Positions 48,070 to 57,983 of a stretch of DNA of 64,000 nt are shown piece after piece (within the stretch, counting starts at the first letter, position 1; each line of letters opens with the position of its first letter). The notes under the pieces were generated by a model. That model searched no databases. It saw only the letters and a program-made list of their open reading frames with translations, and was not told the DNA's origin. Source of the stretch: Candidatus Latescibacterota bacterium (GTDB taxonomy: Bacteria > Latescibacterota > UBA2968 > UBA8231). A program made the translations under genes and the position numbers. Location: contig OZ241867.1 in NCBI GenBank assembly GCA_965203175.1, forward strand, positions 832,001-896,000. Direction: 5' to 3'.

Positions 48070-49308
48070 ATGACTAGGCAACCACGCTACCAGACGCGGC
48101 CCTTCCAAACATCAGCGCCACAGGACCTCGGCTTTGCACCCGCATTGAGCGACCGGCTCGACTCAGCCGTGCAGAGCTTCATTGACGCCCAGCAGCTCGC
48201 CGGCGCGGTCATCATCGTCGCTCGGCGCGGTGCAGCAGCCTACTTCGAGGCTCGCGGCAGGAGGGATGTCGAGGCCGACGCGCCCATGAGCAAGGACACC
48301 ATCTTCCGCATCTATTCGATGACCAAGGCGGTCGGCAGCGTGGCCGCAATGATGCTCTGCGAAGAAGGCAAACTACAGCTCGACGCCCCAGTCTCGGACT
48401 ACCTTCTCGAACTGCAGGAGATGCAGGTGGCCTCCAACCCAGCGGCTGGAGAGCGCACCCCAGTAGCTGCAAAACGGAGGATGACCGTCCGCGATCTACT
48501 GCGGCATACCTCCGGCCTGCCCGGCAACGTCGCCGTCGATACGCTCTACCGCGAGGCCGGATTACCTCCCCTGAGTGAGTGCGACCTGCGAGAAATAGTA
48601 GCCCACCTCAACCGCGTCCAACTCCTATTTCACCCCGGAACGCAGTGGTACTACAGCATTGCGGCCGACATCGTCGGGCGGCTCGTGGAAGTGGCTTCGG
48701 GCCGCCTGTTCGACGAATTCCTCGCCGAGCGGATTTTTCGACCGCTGGGCATGGAAGACACCGGATTCCACGTCCCAGCGGACAAACTCGATCGGTTTGC
48801 AGCCATGTACGGCCCGCACTCCGCCGGCGGCCTCCAAGCCATTGACGCCCCGCAGGGTGGCACCGCGACCAAGTGGAGCTTTCAAGAGCGGCCCAAGTTC
48901 CTCTCCTGCGGCGGCGGACTGGTCTCCACCGGTGCCGACTACCTGCGCTTTTGCCTGATGCTGGCGGGCAAGGGCGCACTGGCTGGACAACGGCTGCTGC
49001 AAGCAGATACGGTCGAACTAATGACCCGCAACCAGTTGCCCATGTCGCTGATACCCCTCAAAAAGCAACCGCAGGAACGCTACCAAGGGCTGGGCTTTGG
49101 GTTGGGCTTTTCCATCCGAGTGCAGCCGTCCGATTGGGTGCCAGCCTCGCAGATCGGCGAATACGGCTGGATCGGCGGAGCCAGCACCGAGTTTTGGATT
49201 GCGCCGCAGTCAGAATTGGTGGTAATCACCCTCGCCCAATACATGCCCTTCTCCGACCTCAGCCGAGTCGTCAAACAGATCGTGTACGATTCCCTCGAAG
49301 AGGACTAA
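48070..49308 (+). CDS. Serine hydrolase (beta-lactamase class C-like)
   Basis: FRIYSMTK, LLRHTSG, YYS, WIGGAST. Confidence 0.9.
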   Translation: MTRQPRYQTRPFQTSAPQDLGFAPALSDRLDSAVQSFIDAQQLAGAVIIVARRGAAAYFEARGRRDVEADAPMSKDTIFRIYSMTKAVGSVAAMMLCEEGKLQLDAPVSDYLLELQEMQVASNPAAGERTPVAAKRRMTVRDLLRHTSGLPGNVAVDTLYREAGLPPLSECDLREIVAHLNRVQLLFHPGTQWYYSIAADIVGRLVEVASGRLFDEFLAERIFRPLGMEDTGFHVPADKLDRFAAMYGPHSAGGLQAIDAPQGGTATKWSFQERPKFLSCGGGLVSTGADYLRFCLMLAGKGALAGQRLLQADTVELMTRNQLPMSLIPLKKQPQERYQGLGFGLGFSIRVQPSDWVPASQIGEYGWIGGASTEFWIAPQSELVVITLAQYMPFSDLSRVVKQIVYDSLEED

Positions 49309-49317
49309 GACGCGTCG

Positions 49318-49515
49318 AAGACGATCGACCGAGAACCCATTCCCGATTTTCGCATGGTCCTCAAATCGGGATTGCAGCAGCCGGTGCGATGGAACAGTCA
49401 GGAATGGGTCGAACACCGGGATGGAGCCATTCGGATTCGCATCAATTTTGCCGGAATCCGCCCCGAAGATCCAAAGCTGTACGCGATTTACGTGACGAGC
49501 CAAGGACTGACTTGA
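49318..49515 (+). pseudogene. Start-less 3' remnant of an unidentified gene
   Basis: Open frame ..SGLQQPVRW..GAIRIRINFAGIRPEDPKLYAIYV..* with coding-like composition in an intergenic gap. Confidence 0.45.
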
Positions 49516-49588
49516 CGAGCATCGGACCAGCGCCTTTTTTGGGCCGCTATTGATTCAAACATCAACTGACACTTAGGATGCACAAAAC

Positions 49589-50389
49589 ATGAACGTTGCA
49601 GAAACCCTTTTTCACCTCGAGCTGCACGGATGGTGTCTCATCGAAAACGTCATCCCCGCAGCGGAAGTCAACGAGGTGCGGCAAAGTATCGAAACCACCG
49701 CGGCCGAGTACGCTCGTCCAGAGGCCGACGACATCAACATCCCCGACGTCCTTAATGTCAACCAATCTTTTGCCCCGTACCTAGCCCACGCGGCGATTCT
49801 GGAACCGCTGCGCGCCTTGTGGGGTCCCTACGTGCGCATGCGCACGGCCAAGGGGTTTATCTCCAAGCCGGGCTGCCAAGGCGGCAGCCTGCACGCGGAC
49901 GGTCCCTACATCCAATCGGCTCCCTTGCGGATGAACGCGCCGTATCAGGACTTCATCGCCAAGGTCACGGCAGTGTGGATGCTGTCGCCGTTTACCAAAG
50001 AAAACGGCGGGACCTTGCTGGTGCCAGGCAGCCATCGCGCAGACAACAATCGCACCGGCGGCCTCGACCTACCCATTCCCCACCCCAGCCAAATACAGGC
50101 CACTGGCCCGGCCGGCAGCGTGGCGCTGTTCGACGCCCGCACTTGGCACGGCAGCGGCACCAACAACAGCGACGAGGATCGAGTGGGGTTGGTTATGGCG
50201 TATTTCCCCTGGTGGTTGGCCCAAGACCCGGCCATGCCACCGGACACGCCCGAGCGCCAGCGTCTCACCGAGGAAACGGGCTTGAGCGACGAGCAACTCG
50301 GGGCGGGCACCGCCCTGTTGCCCATAGAAGTCTATCGCGCATTGCCCGAAGACGTGAAGCCCCTACTGCGCCATTGGGTGCGGCCCTAA
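49589..50389 (+). CDS. PhyH family dioxygenase
   Basis: LHAD, NGGTLLVPGSH, WHGSGTN..R. Confidence 0.9.
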   Translation: MNVAETLFHLELHGWCLIENVIPAAEVNEVRQSIETTAAEYARPEADDINIPDVLNVNQSFAPYLAHAAILEPLRALWGPYVRMRTAKGFISKPGCQGGSLHADGPYIQSAPLRMNAPYQDFIAKVTAVWMLSPFTKENGGTLLVPGSHRADNNRTGGLDLPIPHPSQIQATGPAGSVALFDARTWHGSGTNNSDEDRVGLVMAYFPWWLAQDPAMPPDTPERQRLTEETGLSDEQLGAGTALLPIEVYRALPEDVKPLLRHWVRP

Positions 50390-50409
50390 TCCAAGGGTAT
50401 GAATATGTG

Positions 50410-51138
50410 ATGAATCAACGGGATTACAATGCTGTTGTCAGGCGCGTGGAAGCGGTGTCTGGTATTGATGTGCAGACATTGGGCGAGGTTGAAGGTTTGC
50501 CGATTCTGTGTGTGTCTGCTGGTAGGGGAGACGCGCCTGTTGTTTATATCAATGGAGGGACGCACGGCGATGAACCAGCTGGTGTGGAGGCCGCGCTCGT
50601 TTTTTTGCAGGGCAGATGGGAGCGCTGGGCTGATAGGGTGCGTTTTGAGGTTATTCCGTGTTTGTGTCCGTGGAGCTATGTTCACAATGCCCGGCTCAAT
50701 GCACAGGATGTCGATGTGAATTGGGCGTTTTTGCGCGATGATGTGCCCGAGATTGAGATTTTGAAGGTTTTTTTGGCGGGAAGAGTTTTTTCAGGTGTGA
50801 TCGATTTGCACGAGGATTGGGAGAGTCCGGGATTTTATCTGTACGAGATGTTTGGAGACCGGGGATCTCTGGGACGGGAGATGGTGAAGCAGGTGGCACG
50901 GGTTTGTCCGATTAACGAGAGTGCCGAGATTGAGGGCGAGGTTGCGGTCAATGGGGTGATCCATCCCAATATGGAGGTGGCAAGGCGGAAGTACGGGGAG
51001 GGCATACCTATCGCTTTGTTCCAGCGAGGACATACGGGGCATCTGGTGACGTCAGAAACCCCGACGGCGCAGCCGATGGATGTACGCGTTGCGGCGCATC
51101 TGGCAGCTATTGAGGTGATGGTGGAGGCTAGTGTTTAA
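50410..51138 (+). CDS. M14 family metallocarboxypeptidase (AstE/AspA/DUF2817-like)
   Basis: GTHGDEPAG, R.N..DVN, DLHED, SETP; start MNQRDY. Confidence 0.85.
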   Translation: MNQRDYNAVVRRVEAVSGIDVQTLGEVEGLPILCVSAGRGDAPVVYINGGTHGDEPAGVEAALVFLQGRWERWADRVRFEVIPCLCPWSYVHNARLNAQDVDVNWAFLRDDVPEIEILKVFLAGRVFSGVIDLHEDWESPGFYLYEMFGDRGSLGREMVKQVARVCPINESAEIEGEVAVNGVIHPNMEVARRKYGEGIPIALFQRGHTGHLVTSETPTAQPMDVRVAAHLAAIEVMVEASV

Positions 51139-51147
51139 ATCAATTCG

Positions 51148-53067
51148 CTACATATGTGTCAGCACGCGCCCCTTTTCCGCAGTCAGCGCATAGATCGCGC
51201 CCCATACCCCCGAGACAGAAACCTCGCCCAAAATCAACCCTAAAAAAAACGGCTTGGCGTTCTGGAACAGGCGCACGCCGCCAAAGCGCAGGATGACCAG
51301 CTTCAACAGCCAAGCAATCAGCGCCGAGAACCAGATCTGACTCGTCAGCCAACCCACGGCAATAGCAAAGCCGATCGGGTGAAAGGGCCACCAAAACCAC
51401 CGGTGCTGCGCCCACATTAAAAAACCCTCCACAGCAGCGCCGATCCCCTTGAAGAGCCAGCCGCGCATGTCGGCCTCGGGCATGTTGAGAATGGTCGGGC
51501 CGATGTAGGGCCAGCCGTGGGCACCGGCCCAATTGATCAGCGACAGATTTATCGCTCCGTGGGTATAGGCCAGTTTCAAGGTCATGTAGGCCGCAGCCAA
51601 AAGGCTGCACACCAGCGCCAGCATCAGGCCCCAAAACAGCCGCGTCTTGGGGCCAGGGACCAGCTCGGCGAGTTTGAGGCCATTGGCGCAGGCGACCATT
51701 GGCGAGGTGCGCGATTCGCCCTGCCAGATAAAGGTGAAATTGAGGGCGACCAAGCCCTTGGCCCCGAGGACCGAAGTGCCCAAACCCGAAATGATGAAGT
51801 ACGCCGGAACAATGGGGCTGCGGGCGGTGGCCACGCCGCCGGTAGCCACCACGCGCGCGACCAAGATGAAGAACAGCAAGCTGACGACGAGCAGAACCGG
51901 AAGCACCGCAATCGGCACCCCTGAACGCCAGAGCCACACGGCGACGAAGAGCAGGCTGCCCAAAAAGCCGAGCAAGGCCGTGCGGTAGCGAAGCAACTCC
52001 TCGCTGTCATCGACGCCACCGCGCGGGGCCCAGAGCTTGCGCCAGACCTCTTTGAGATGAGGCCGGGCGGTCCACAGTCCAAAAAGCACCAACACAATGA
52101 CCGCGCCGGTGGCTTGATGGGTTAGGTCGGCTGGCTGCGAGGACTCGTACGCGCTCAGGCGCTCGGTGCTGGCAATGCCGAGCGTCTTGAAGACCCCTTC
52201 TTCCATCTTGGAGAACACGTAGAAGAACCAAATGCTGAACGTGATCTCGAGATTGACCAAGTAGAAGAAGCCGACCCAAGCCAAGTTGAGTGCAACCGGC
52301 AGGTGCAAGGTATGGTTTAAAAAGGAAAACCGGCCTCTAGGGTTGTACTCGGGCACGATGGGGAAGTAGTGGTTGAGAGCATTGAGACTGAGCAGGATAC
52401 AGGGCACGGCAAACCCCAGCCACATCCGCTGATCCTTAAAGAAAGGAGCCACGCGCATCTGGGCGTCCTTCTCAATCATATTCTGCGGCAGTTGGACCAT
52501 CGGATAGGTCAGCCGCTCGTGCTCCGACCACTGGCGGTGGAGGATGGCGCTCATGCAAATCAGCATGAAGCTCATGGCCACGATCAACGCCAGCCAGTAG
52601 GCCATCGGCTCCACCCAGACGCCCCATGGGATGGACTCACCCTTTGGCAGGCCCTCGTAGTAATTCTTGATGGCCTCGAAGTCCTGCGGCGCAATCCACG
52701 AAGGGATAAAGTCGTAGAACAGCTCGGCGTAGTTGTTTTCCGGGGTGGCGTAGTAGAAGGGATAGACAATGGTGCCAATCAGGAAGAACATCAGGCCCCA
52801 AGTCGGCACCGTGACCGCCATCATCAACATGCAGTAAATCAGGACCAGATCGGCTTTGGACAGGGCGAAGTGGCGACCGAGCAGAGCTACGAATCCATTG
52901 ACGGCAAAGGTCAGGACAAAAAAGAAAAAGAGGGCACCCGGCGAAGAGGGATTGAAGCCGACCCAGTAGTAATTGAACACGACCCCGTACGGCGCGAGCA
53001 GGCCCACCGCTAGGGAGAGGGCTAGGCCGGTTAGCAGTCCCTTGATGCTGAAAAGCGATTTGGGCAT
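51148..53067 (-). CDS. DUF6785/DUF6784-type polytopic membrane protein (putative transporter)
   Basis: Many TM helices; IPWGVW..P, RQWSEHERLTYP, WWPFHPIGF, PFFLGLILGE. Confidence 0.8.
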   Translation of the reverse strand: MPKSLFSIKGLLTGLALSLAVGLLAPYGVVFNYYWVGFNPSSPGALFFFFVLTFAVNGFVALLGRHFALSKADLVLIYCMLMMAVTVPTWGLMFFLIGTIVYPFYYATPENNYAELFYDFIPSWIAPQDFEAIKNYYEGLPKGESIPWGVWVEPMAYWLALIVAMSFMLICMSAILHRQWSEHERLTYPMVQLPQNMIEKDAQMRVAPFFKDQRMWLGFAVPCILLSLNALNHYFPIVPEYNPRGRFSFLNHTLHLPVALNLAWVGFFYLVNLEITFSIWFFYVFSKMEEGVFKTLGIASTERLSAYESSQPADLTHQATGAVIVLVLFGLWTARPHLKEVWRKLWAPRGGVDDSEELLRYRTALLGFLGSLLFVAVWLWRSGVPIAVLPVLLVVSLLFFILVARVVATGGVATARSPIVPAYFIISGLGTSVLGAKGLVALNFTFIWQGESRTSPMVACANGLKLAELVPGPKTRLFWGLMLALVCSLLAAAYMTLKLAYTHGAINLSLINWAGAHGWPYIGPTILNMPEADMRGWLFKGIGAAVEGFLMWAQHRWFWWPFHPIGFAIAVGWLTSQIWFSALIAWLLKLVILRFGGVRLFQNAKPFFLGLILGEVSVSGVWGAIYALTAEKGRVLTHM

Positions 53068-53096
53068 GTGTGGGCCGACGAGTTCCGTCGATGATC

Positions 53097-53882
53097 CTAC
53101 CCAGCGGCCGAGGCAGCCAAAAGCCCCCCATCCACCGGCAAAGACGCCCCGGTAATGCAGCCGGCGGCCGGCGAGCAGAGGAAGACCACGGCCCGGCCAA
53201 TGTCTTCGGGGGTTCCCGGACGACGCAGGGGAACTATGTTGTGGAGCCGTTCTTCAATAACGCCCAAGGCCGGAGGCGGTTCATTGAAGACGTGATTGGT
53301 ATCCATGTATCCGGGCATGATGGCGTTGCAGCGGATTCCGTGTTCGCCCAAGTCAACGGCCATGCTTTCGGTCAGGCGCAAGACGCCGGCTTTGGCGGCC
53401 CCGTACGCCGTGTCGTTCTTCCACGCCCGGCGTCCGTGCACCGAAGAGGTGCTGACGATAGCCCCTCCGTTACCCTGCGCCACCATGGCGCGCGCCGCTT
53501 GCTGTGAACACAGGAAAAATCCCTTGAGACCCACGTCGAGATTTTGGTCCCAATTCTCCTCGCTGAGTTCGAGGAAGGGCTCGCCCTTACCGCCGTAGGG
53601 GTTGTTGACCAAGATGTCAATGCGGCCGAACCGTTCGAGAAAGGCCGCGAACATCGCCTCGACTTGAGCACTATCAGAAATGTCGCCTTGAAAAAACTCG
53701 GCCTCACGGCCCATGGCGCGGATCAGATCCAGGGTTTTGCCGGCATCGTCGTCCTCATGCAGGTCGTTGATCCCCACGTCGCAGCCAGCCTCGGCTAAAG
53801 ACAAGGCAATGCCGCGGCCGATGCGGCGCTTGCCGCCGGTGACAAAGGCTTTCTTTCCACTTAGCAAATATGGGTCGGACAT
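53097..53882 (-). CDS. SDR family oxidoreductase
   Basis: TGGKRRIGRG, YGAAK, NAIMPG, VDGG. Confidence 0.9.
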   Translation of the reverse strand: MSDPYLLSGKKAFVTGGKRRIGRGIALSLAEAGCDVGINDLHEDDDAGKTLDLIRAMGREAEFFQGDISDSAQVEAMFAAFLERFGRIDILVNNPYGGKGEPFLELSEENWDQNLDVGLKGFFLCSQQAARAMVAQGNGGAIVSTSSVHGRRAWKNDTAYGAAKAGVLRLTESMAVDLGEHGIRCNAIMPGYMDTNHVFNEPPPALGVIEERLHNIVPLRRPGTPEDIGRAVVFLCSPAAGCITGASLPVDGGLLAASAAG

Positions 53883-53897
53883 AGTGTGCTCCTTGAG

Positions 53898-54632
53898 TTA
53901 AACGATCTCGGGGTGTTCGTGAATCGAGGGGGTAGCCATGATGCGCTTTTGGCGTTCGGTCAGCTCGCCGTACTCTTCGAGGTTGTAAAAATCCTTAGCC
54001 CACGTCGAGTAGCCGGGGCTGTACTTGTAGAGCAACGTGCGGCGCTGGTGCTCGGCGCGCCACGGCATGGTGCCGTGGATGAGGGCCTCGGTAAAGAACA
54101 GCGCATCCCCGGCCTTGGCCGTCGGTTGAACCACGTAATGCGCGCCGCGCTCAAAGTGCCTGACGTCTTGGGGCAGGTTGCGAGGGTAATTGGTCTTGTG
54201 ACTGCCCGGCACGCAGGCAAAACCGCCGTCGCCCTCATTGGCATCGGCGAGAAAAAAGGTCACCACGCTCAGGCCATTGCGCATCTGACCGTCGCGGTAG
54301 CTGAACCAGTGGTCGGTATCTTGGCTAGGGCCGCCGTGGAGACCGCCACGGGTGGCGCCGCGGTCCATGATGATGGCGTAGTCGTGGTCGATGCGGACCT
54401 TGGGGCCGATGAGTTCGACCAAGTAGGGCAGAATTTTGGGGTGGTCGATCAGGTCTTTGGTGGCTTGGCCCCAGCCACTGACCTTGTTCAGGTCGTTGCG
54501 GGGGTGGTTGTCCCAGCCATCGATGTACCGGTCCATCAGCGCGTTGAGATCGTCCAGTTCCTGCGGGCTGAGGACGTCTTTGATGACCAGATAACCCTCT
54601 AAATCGAAGATAAATTTTTCTTCCTCAGTCAT
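53898..54632 (-). CDS. PhyH family dioxygenase
   Basis: FDLEGY, LHGG, GGFACVPGSHK, HGTMPW..RR; start MTEEEKF with RBS. Confidence 0.88.
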   Translation of the reverse strand: MTEEEKFIFDLEGYLVIKDVLSPQELDDLNALMDRYIDGWDNHPRNDLNKVSGWGQATKDLIDHPKILPYLVELIGPKVRIDHDYAIIMDRGATRGGLHGGPSQDTDHWFSYRDGQMRNGLSVVTFFLADANEGDGGFACVPGSHKTNYPRNLPQDVRHFERGAHYVVQPTAKAGDALFFTEALIHGTMPWRAEHQRRTLLYKYSPGYSTWAKDFYNLEEYGELTERQKRIMATPSIHEHPEIV

Positions 54633-54645
54633 GGTGTGCTCCTTT

Positions 54646-56193
54646 CTATTCCGCGTAGATATCCTGCATCTGATAGGCGTCGAGCGAGAGCAGTTCGGCG
54701 CTCTGGCCCTGCGCGCGCAACGAGACCCCGACACTGTCGGCGCGGTCGGGGTAGACCCGCGCAGCCACGCATTGCTGGCCGTTGGCAAAGACCTCGACGA
54801 CGCTCTTATCGACAAAAACCCGCAGCTTGAGCCTTTCGCCCGGAGTGAGGATGACTGGAGCGGTCTCCGGAGCGCGGGAGAGCACGTCGGGCGCGACAGA
54901 AGAATACGAGGTGTCGAGCGAAATCAGACTCTGGTGATGGTCGCTGCCAAAGACGCGGTCTCTGAAGCCCCGATTTTTAAAAAAGGCAATGCGCGTGTAC
55001 TCTTCCTTGCCGGGAGCGCGCAGGACATTGAGCTCGACCATCGGCGCGTCTTGCGGATCGATTTCAGCGACGATTTCCACGGCGTTGCCTTGGACTGTAT
55101 CGAGGACGAGCTCTTCGTTGGCGGCGAGGGTAGTTTTGCCGACGCGCTGATGGTCCCGCCGGAGCGACTCAAGGTCGCCGGCCGGCTCCATGGCCAGATC
55201 GTCGCCGACCACGGTCAGCCGGCGGGGCAAGGTCATAATCTGGTTCCAATTCTTGGTCGGTTTGCCGGGGTTCATGTTGAAGATGACCAAGACGCCGCCT
55301 TGGCCGTCGGGAGTCGCCGAAGGGGCGTGAACGCCCGAGGGCGCGGCCGCGCCAAAGTTGAATTTGGCACCGTAGGTCACGACGAACTTGTCGCGCTCGG
55401 TGTCGTAGTCGCCGAGCAGGTACTGGCCGCCGCTTCTATGGCTAAAGAAGAGGAGGATGTGGCGGTCGCCAATCGGCCAGAAATAGGGACAGGCTCCGTC
55501 GTCACCAACTAGCGTGTACCCGTCATCCTCCGCGAAGGGGTGGAGATACTCCCAGTGTTCGAGATCGCTCGACCTGAAGAGGAAATTGGCGCGCACGGGC
55601 TTGCCAGCCGGGCCTTCGGGTTTGGTACCCGCCGACAGCGAGTAGTACGCGTCGCCCTGCTTCCAGATGCAGGGATCGAAGACTCGGTAGGGCACGTCGG
55701 CGCGGATGGGGATCACGGCCTTGTTGGCGACCTTTTCCCAGTTGAGCAATAGCGGGTCCGAAGAAGTGGCGACCATGTTGCCGACCTCAGTGCCGTGGTA
55801 CATGGCAATGACGCGGTCCTCCTCGACCAGCGTGGCACCTGAAAAGCAGCAGCGCTCCGGGTTTGGATAGATGCAGTACGGCAGGTCGCGCCAGTGGACG
55901 AGATCGTCGCTTATGGCGTGGCCCCAGTGCTGGCGAGTGTCCTCCGGTGGGTAGGCTTGGTAGAAGAGATGATAGCGGCCCTGCCAGAAGCACAGTCCGT
56001 TGGGGTCGTTGAGATTGGCCTCGGGATTGATGTAGTGGTAGATGGGACGGTGTGGATCGCCGGCGTACGAGCGGCGCGCTTCGAGCATGCGCTGCATCAG
56101 CGGGTTGGTAGCTATGGCCTCCTCTTGTTCGGCCAAGGTGTCGGGAAAGGTGTAGTAGGGAACCTTTGACGTGTAGTCGGGCGCGGCGGTCAT
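54646..56193 (-). CDS. Glycoside hydrolase family 32-like protein (non-canonical motifs)
   Basis: NDPNG, YHLFYQ, HWGHA, FSG, FDP, C-terminal DKSVVEVFANG. Confidence 0.88.
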   Translation of the reverse strand: MTAAPDYTSKVPYYTFPDTLAEQEEAIATNPLMQRMLEARRSYAGDPHRPIYHYINPEANLNDPNGLCFWQGRYHLFYQAYPPEDTRQHWGHAISDDLVHWRDLPYCIYPNPERCCFSGATLVEEDRVIAMYHGTEVGNMVATSSDPLLLNWEKVANKAVIPIRADVPYRVFDPCIWKQGDAYYSLSAGTKPEGPAGKPVRANFLFRSSDLEHWEYLHPFAEDDGYTLVGDDGACPYFWPIGDRHILLFFSHRSGGQYLLGDYDTERDKFVVTYGAKFNFGAAAPSGVHAPSATPDGQGGVLVIFNMNPGKPTKNWNQIMTLPRRLTVVGDDLAMEPAGDLESLRRDHQRVGKTTLAANEELVLDTVQGNAVEIVAEIDPQDAPMVELNVLRAPGKEEYTRIAFFKNRGFRDRVFGSDHHQSLISLDTSYSSVAPDVLSRAPETAPVILTPGERLKLRVFVDKSVVEVFANGQQCVAARVYPDRADSVGVSLRAQGQSAELLSLDAYQMQDIYAE

Positions 56194-56418
56194 GGAATCC
56201 TCCAGTTTGATGAGTGATCGTTAGGGCGGCGAGAAAGTATAGGTCTTGCGCGGGCGTCAATCCAGTCTTGGGCAGAAGACAACGCGCCGCTGCCCGTGCA
56301 GTGCGGTTTGACAATCACCGTGCGAATGCGCTCTATTCCCTTAGATCAACGCGTTGAGTCAGTTAATTGTTTGGAATCAGTGGCTAATCGCGCCATTGCA
56401 AAAAGGAGCAAATCTTTT

Positions 56419-57081
56419 ATGGTCAAACCTGAAGTACTAGCAGCCTTTAAGGAATTCGACTCGCCGACGATTTTCAACGCCATCGTCTTAAAGTGCGGCC
56501 TGCCCAACGAAGAGTACACCGACCACCGAATCCACTATCTGCTACCGGAATTGGGACCAGTCATCGGCTATGCAGTGACCGCGGAAGTAACGACCAACGA
56601 CCCGGACTCCGTAGCAGTCCCTTGGGAAGGGTATTACGAAGCAATCGACGCCACGGAAGGACCCGTGTTCGCGGTGATGAAGGACGTGGACTCGCGTCCC
56701 GGACGCGGAGCCAGTTTTGGCGACGGCATGGCGCGGCTGCACCAGCGGCTAGGCGCGGTGGGGGCCGTTGTCGATGGAACGGTGCGCGATTTGGAGGGAA
56801 TCCGCCGGGTCGGGCTGCCGATCTTCGCCTGGGGGACGGTGCCAGGGCACGGCGTATTCAACGCGACGCGAGTCAACGCGCCAATTACCGTAGGGTCGGT
56901 GCGGATTCGGCCGGGGGACCTGATCTTCGGTGACGGCGACGGCTGCGTGCGAATTCCCCTAGAGCACGCCGAGGAAGTGTTGGAATTGGCCGCAGAAGTG
57001 CGGGACAAGGAAGCGAAAATTTTCGCCCTGTACGATTCAGACGACTTTTCTCTTGACAAGTGGCGAGAGTCGCGCAAGTAG
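56419..57081 (+). CDS. RraA family protein (HMG aldolase-like)
   Basis: GYAVT, FGDGMA, DGTVRD, PGDLIFGDGDG; AGGAG RBS. Confidence 0.88.
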   Translation: MVKPEVLAAFKEFDSPTIFNAIVLKCGLPNEEYTDHRIHYLLPELGPVIGYAVTAEVTTNDPDSVAVPWEGYYEAIDATEGPVFAVMKDVDSRPGRGASFGDGMARLHQRLGAVGAVVDGTVRDLEGIRRVGLPIFAWGTVPGHGVFNATRVNAPITVGSVRIRPGDLIFGDGDGCVRIPLEHAEEVLELAAEVRDKEAKIFALYDSDDFSLDKWRESRK

Positions 57082-57105
57082 CATCGCCGCCCAAAGGAGG
57101 ACACT

Positions 57106-57981
57106 ATGGAGACCACCACCGTAAAAATTGATCCCAAAGAAGAAATCGGCTTTATGACGGTCGATGAAACCGATTTTGCCGCTTTCTCCTTGAGCCAGCA
57201 GATCCGCCATCTCGAAATGGAAGGCTACGTGCTCATGCCGGATGTGCTCGACGCCGAGCACATTGCAGCGCTGAAGGCCGAGCTAAAAGACCTGCCGATG
57301 GGGCAAAAGGACTACAGCGAGGCCCAAACCTTCCACCACGAGCCCCAGTGCACAAGTCGGTTGGTAGCCGAGTTGATCGGCTATCCGCCGATCGCGGAAT
57401 TCCTCCAAGCGCTCATGGGGCCAGACATCGTCTTTACGCACGGGCTTTTTACCCGTACCCTCTCCGGCTCGCCGGGCATTTCAATGCACACCGACGGCCA
57501 GCCATTCGGCTCGTCGATCTTTGGCTTCGAAGGCTCTTCGCCGCGCCTTTTGCGGGTGCTCTACTACCTCGACGACCTGTCGCCCGAGCGCGCGCCCTTC
57601 CGGCTCATCCCGCGCTCCCATCTGTCGTTCCACGCCCAAGCCAACCCGTACGTGCGCTATGTCTCGCACCCGCAGGAAATCACGCTCTGTGCCAAGGCTG
57701 GTTCAGTCGTCATGATACCCGCCCTCCTCTTCCACGGCACCCATCCCAACAGGGACTTGGCCCCTCGGGAACTGATCCAGTTTGGCTACCGGCCGGCTTG
57801 GGCGGGGCCGGTTCAGCCGATGGACGATTGGGACTCGGAATGGGTGGAGAACGCGCCAGCCGTGGCCAAACCTTTTCTCCAAAGCCGCAACACCACCGGC
57901 AAGGAGTGGAAACAGGTCCACAAACCCCAAGGCATGCAGCACGACGCACCGGGCATCAATCCAGACCGTTGGGGGGACTAA
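57106..57981 (+). CDS. PhyH family dioxygenase
   Basis: MHTD, IPRSH, FHGTHPN..R. Confidence 0.85.
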   Translation: METTTVKIDPKEEIGFMTVDETDFAAFSLSQQIRHLEMEGYVLMPDVLDAEHIAALKAELKDLPMGQKDYSEAQTFHHEPQCTSRLVAELIGYPPIAEFLQALMGPDIVFTHGLFTRTLSGSPGISMHTDGQPFGSSIFGFEGSSPRLLRVLYYLDDLSPERAPFRLIPRSHLSFHAQANPYVRYVSHPQEITLCAKAGSVVMIPALLFHGTHPNRDLAPRELIQFGYRPAWAGPVQPMDDWDSEWVENAPAVAKPFLQSRNTTGKEWKQVHKPQGMQHDAPGINPDRWGD

Positions 57982-57983
57982 TC

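Noticed and set aside
49819-50409. N-terminal extensions of ORF-track calls (also 57348-57983, 54633-54815, 47087-47314, 15225-15326)
   Set aside because: They overlap neighbouring genes or intergenic DNA; family motifs and RBSs support the downstream starts
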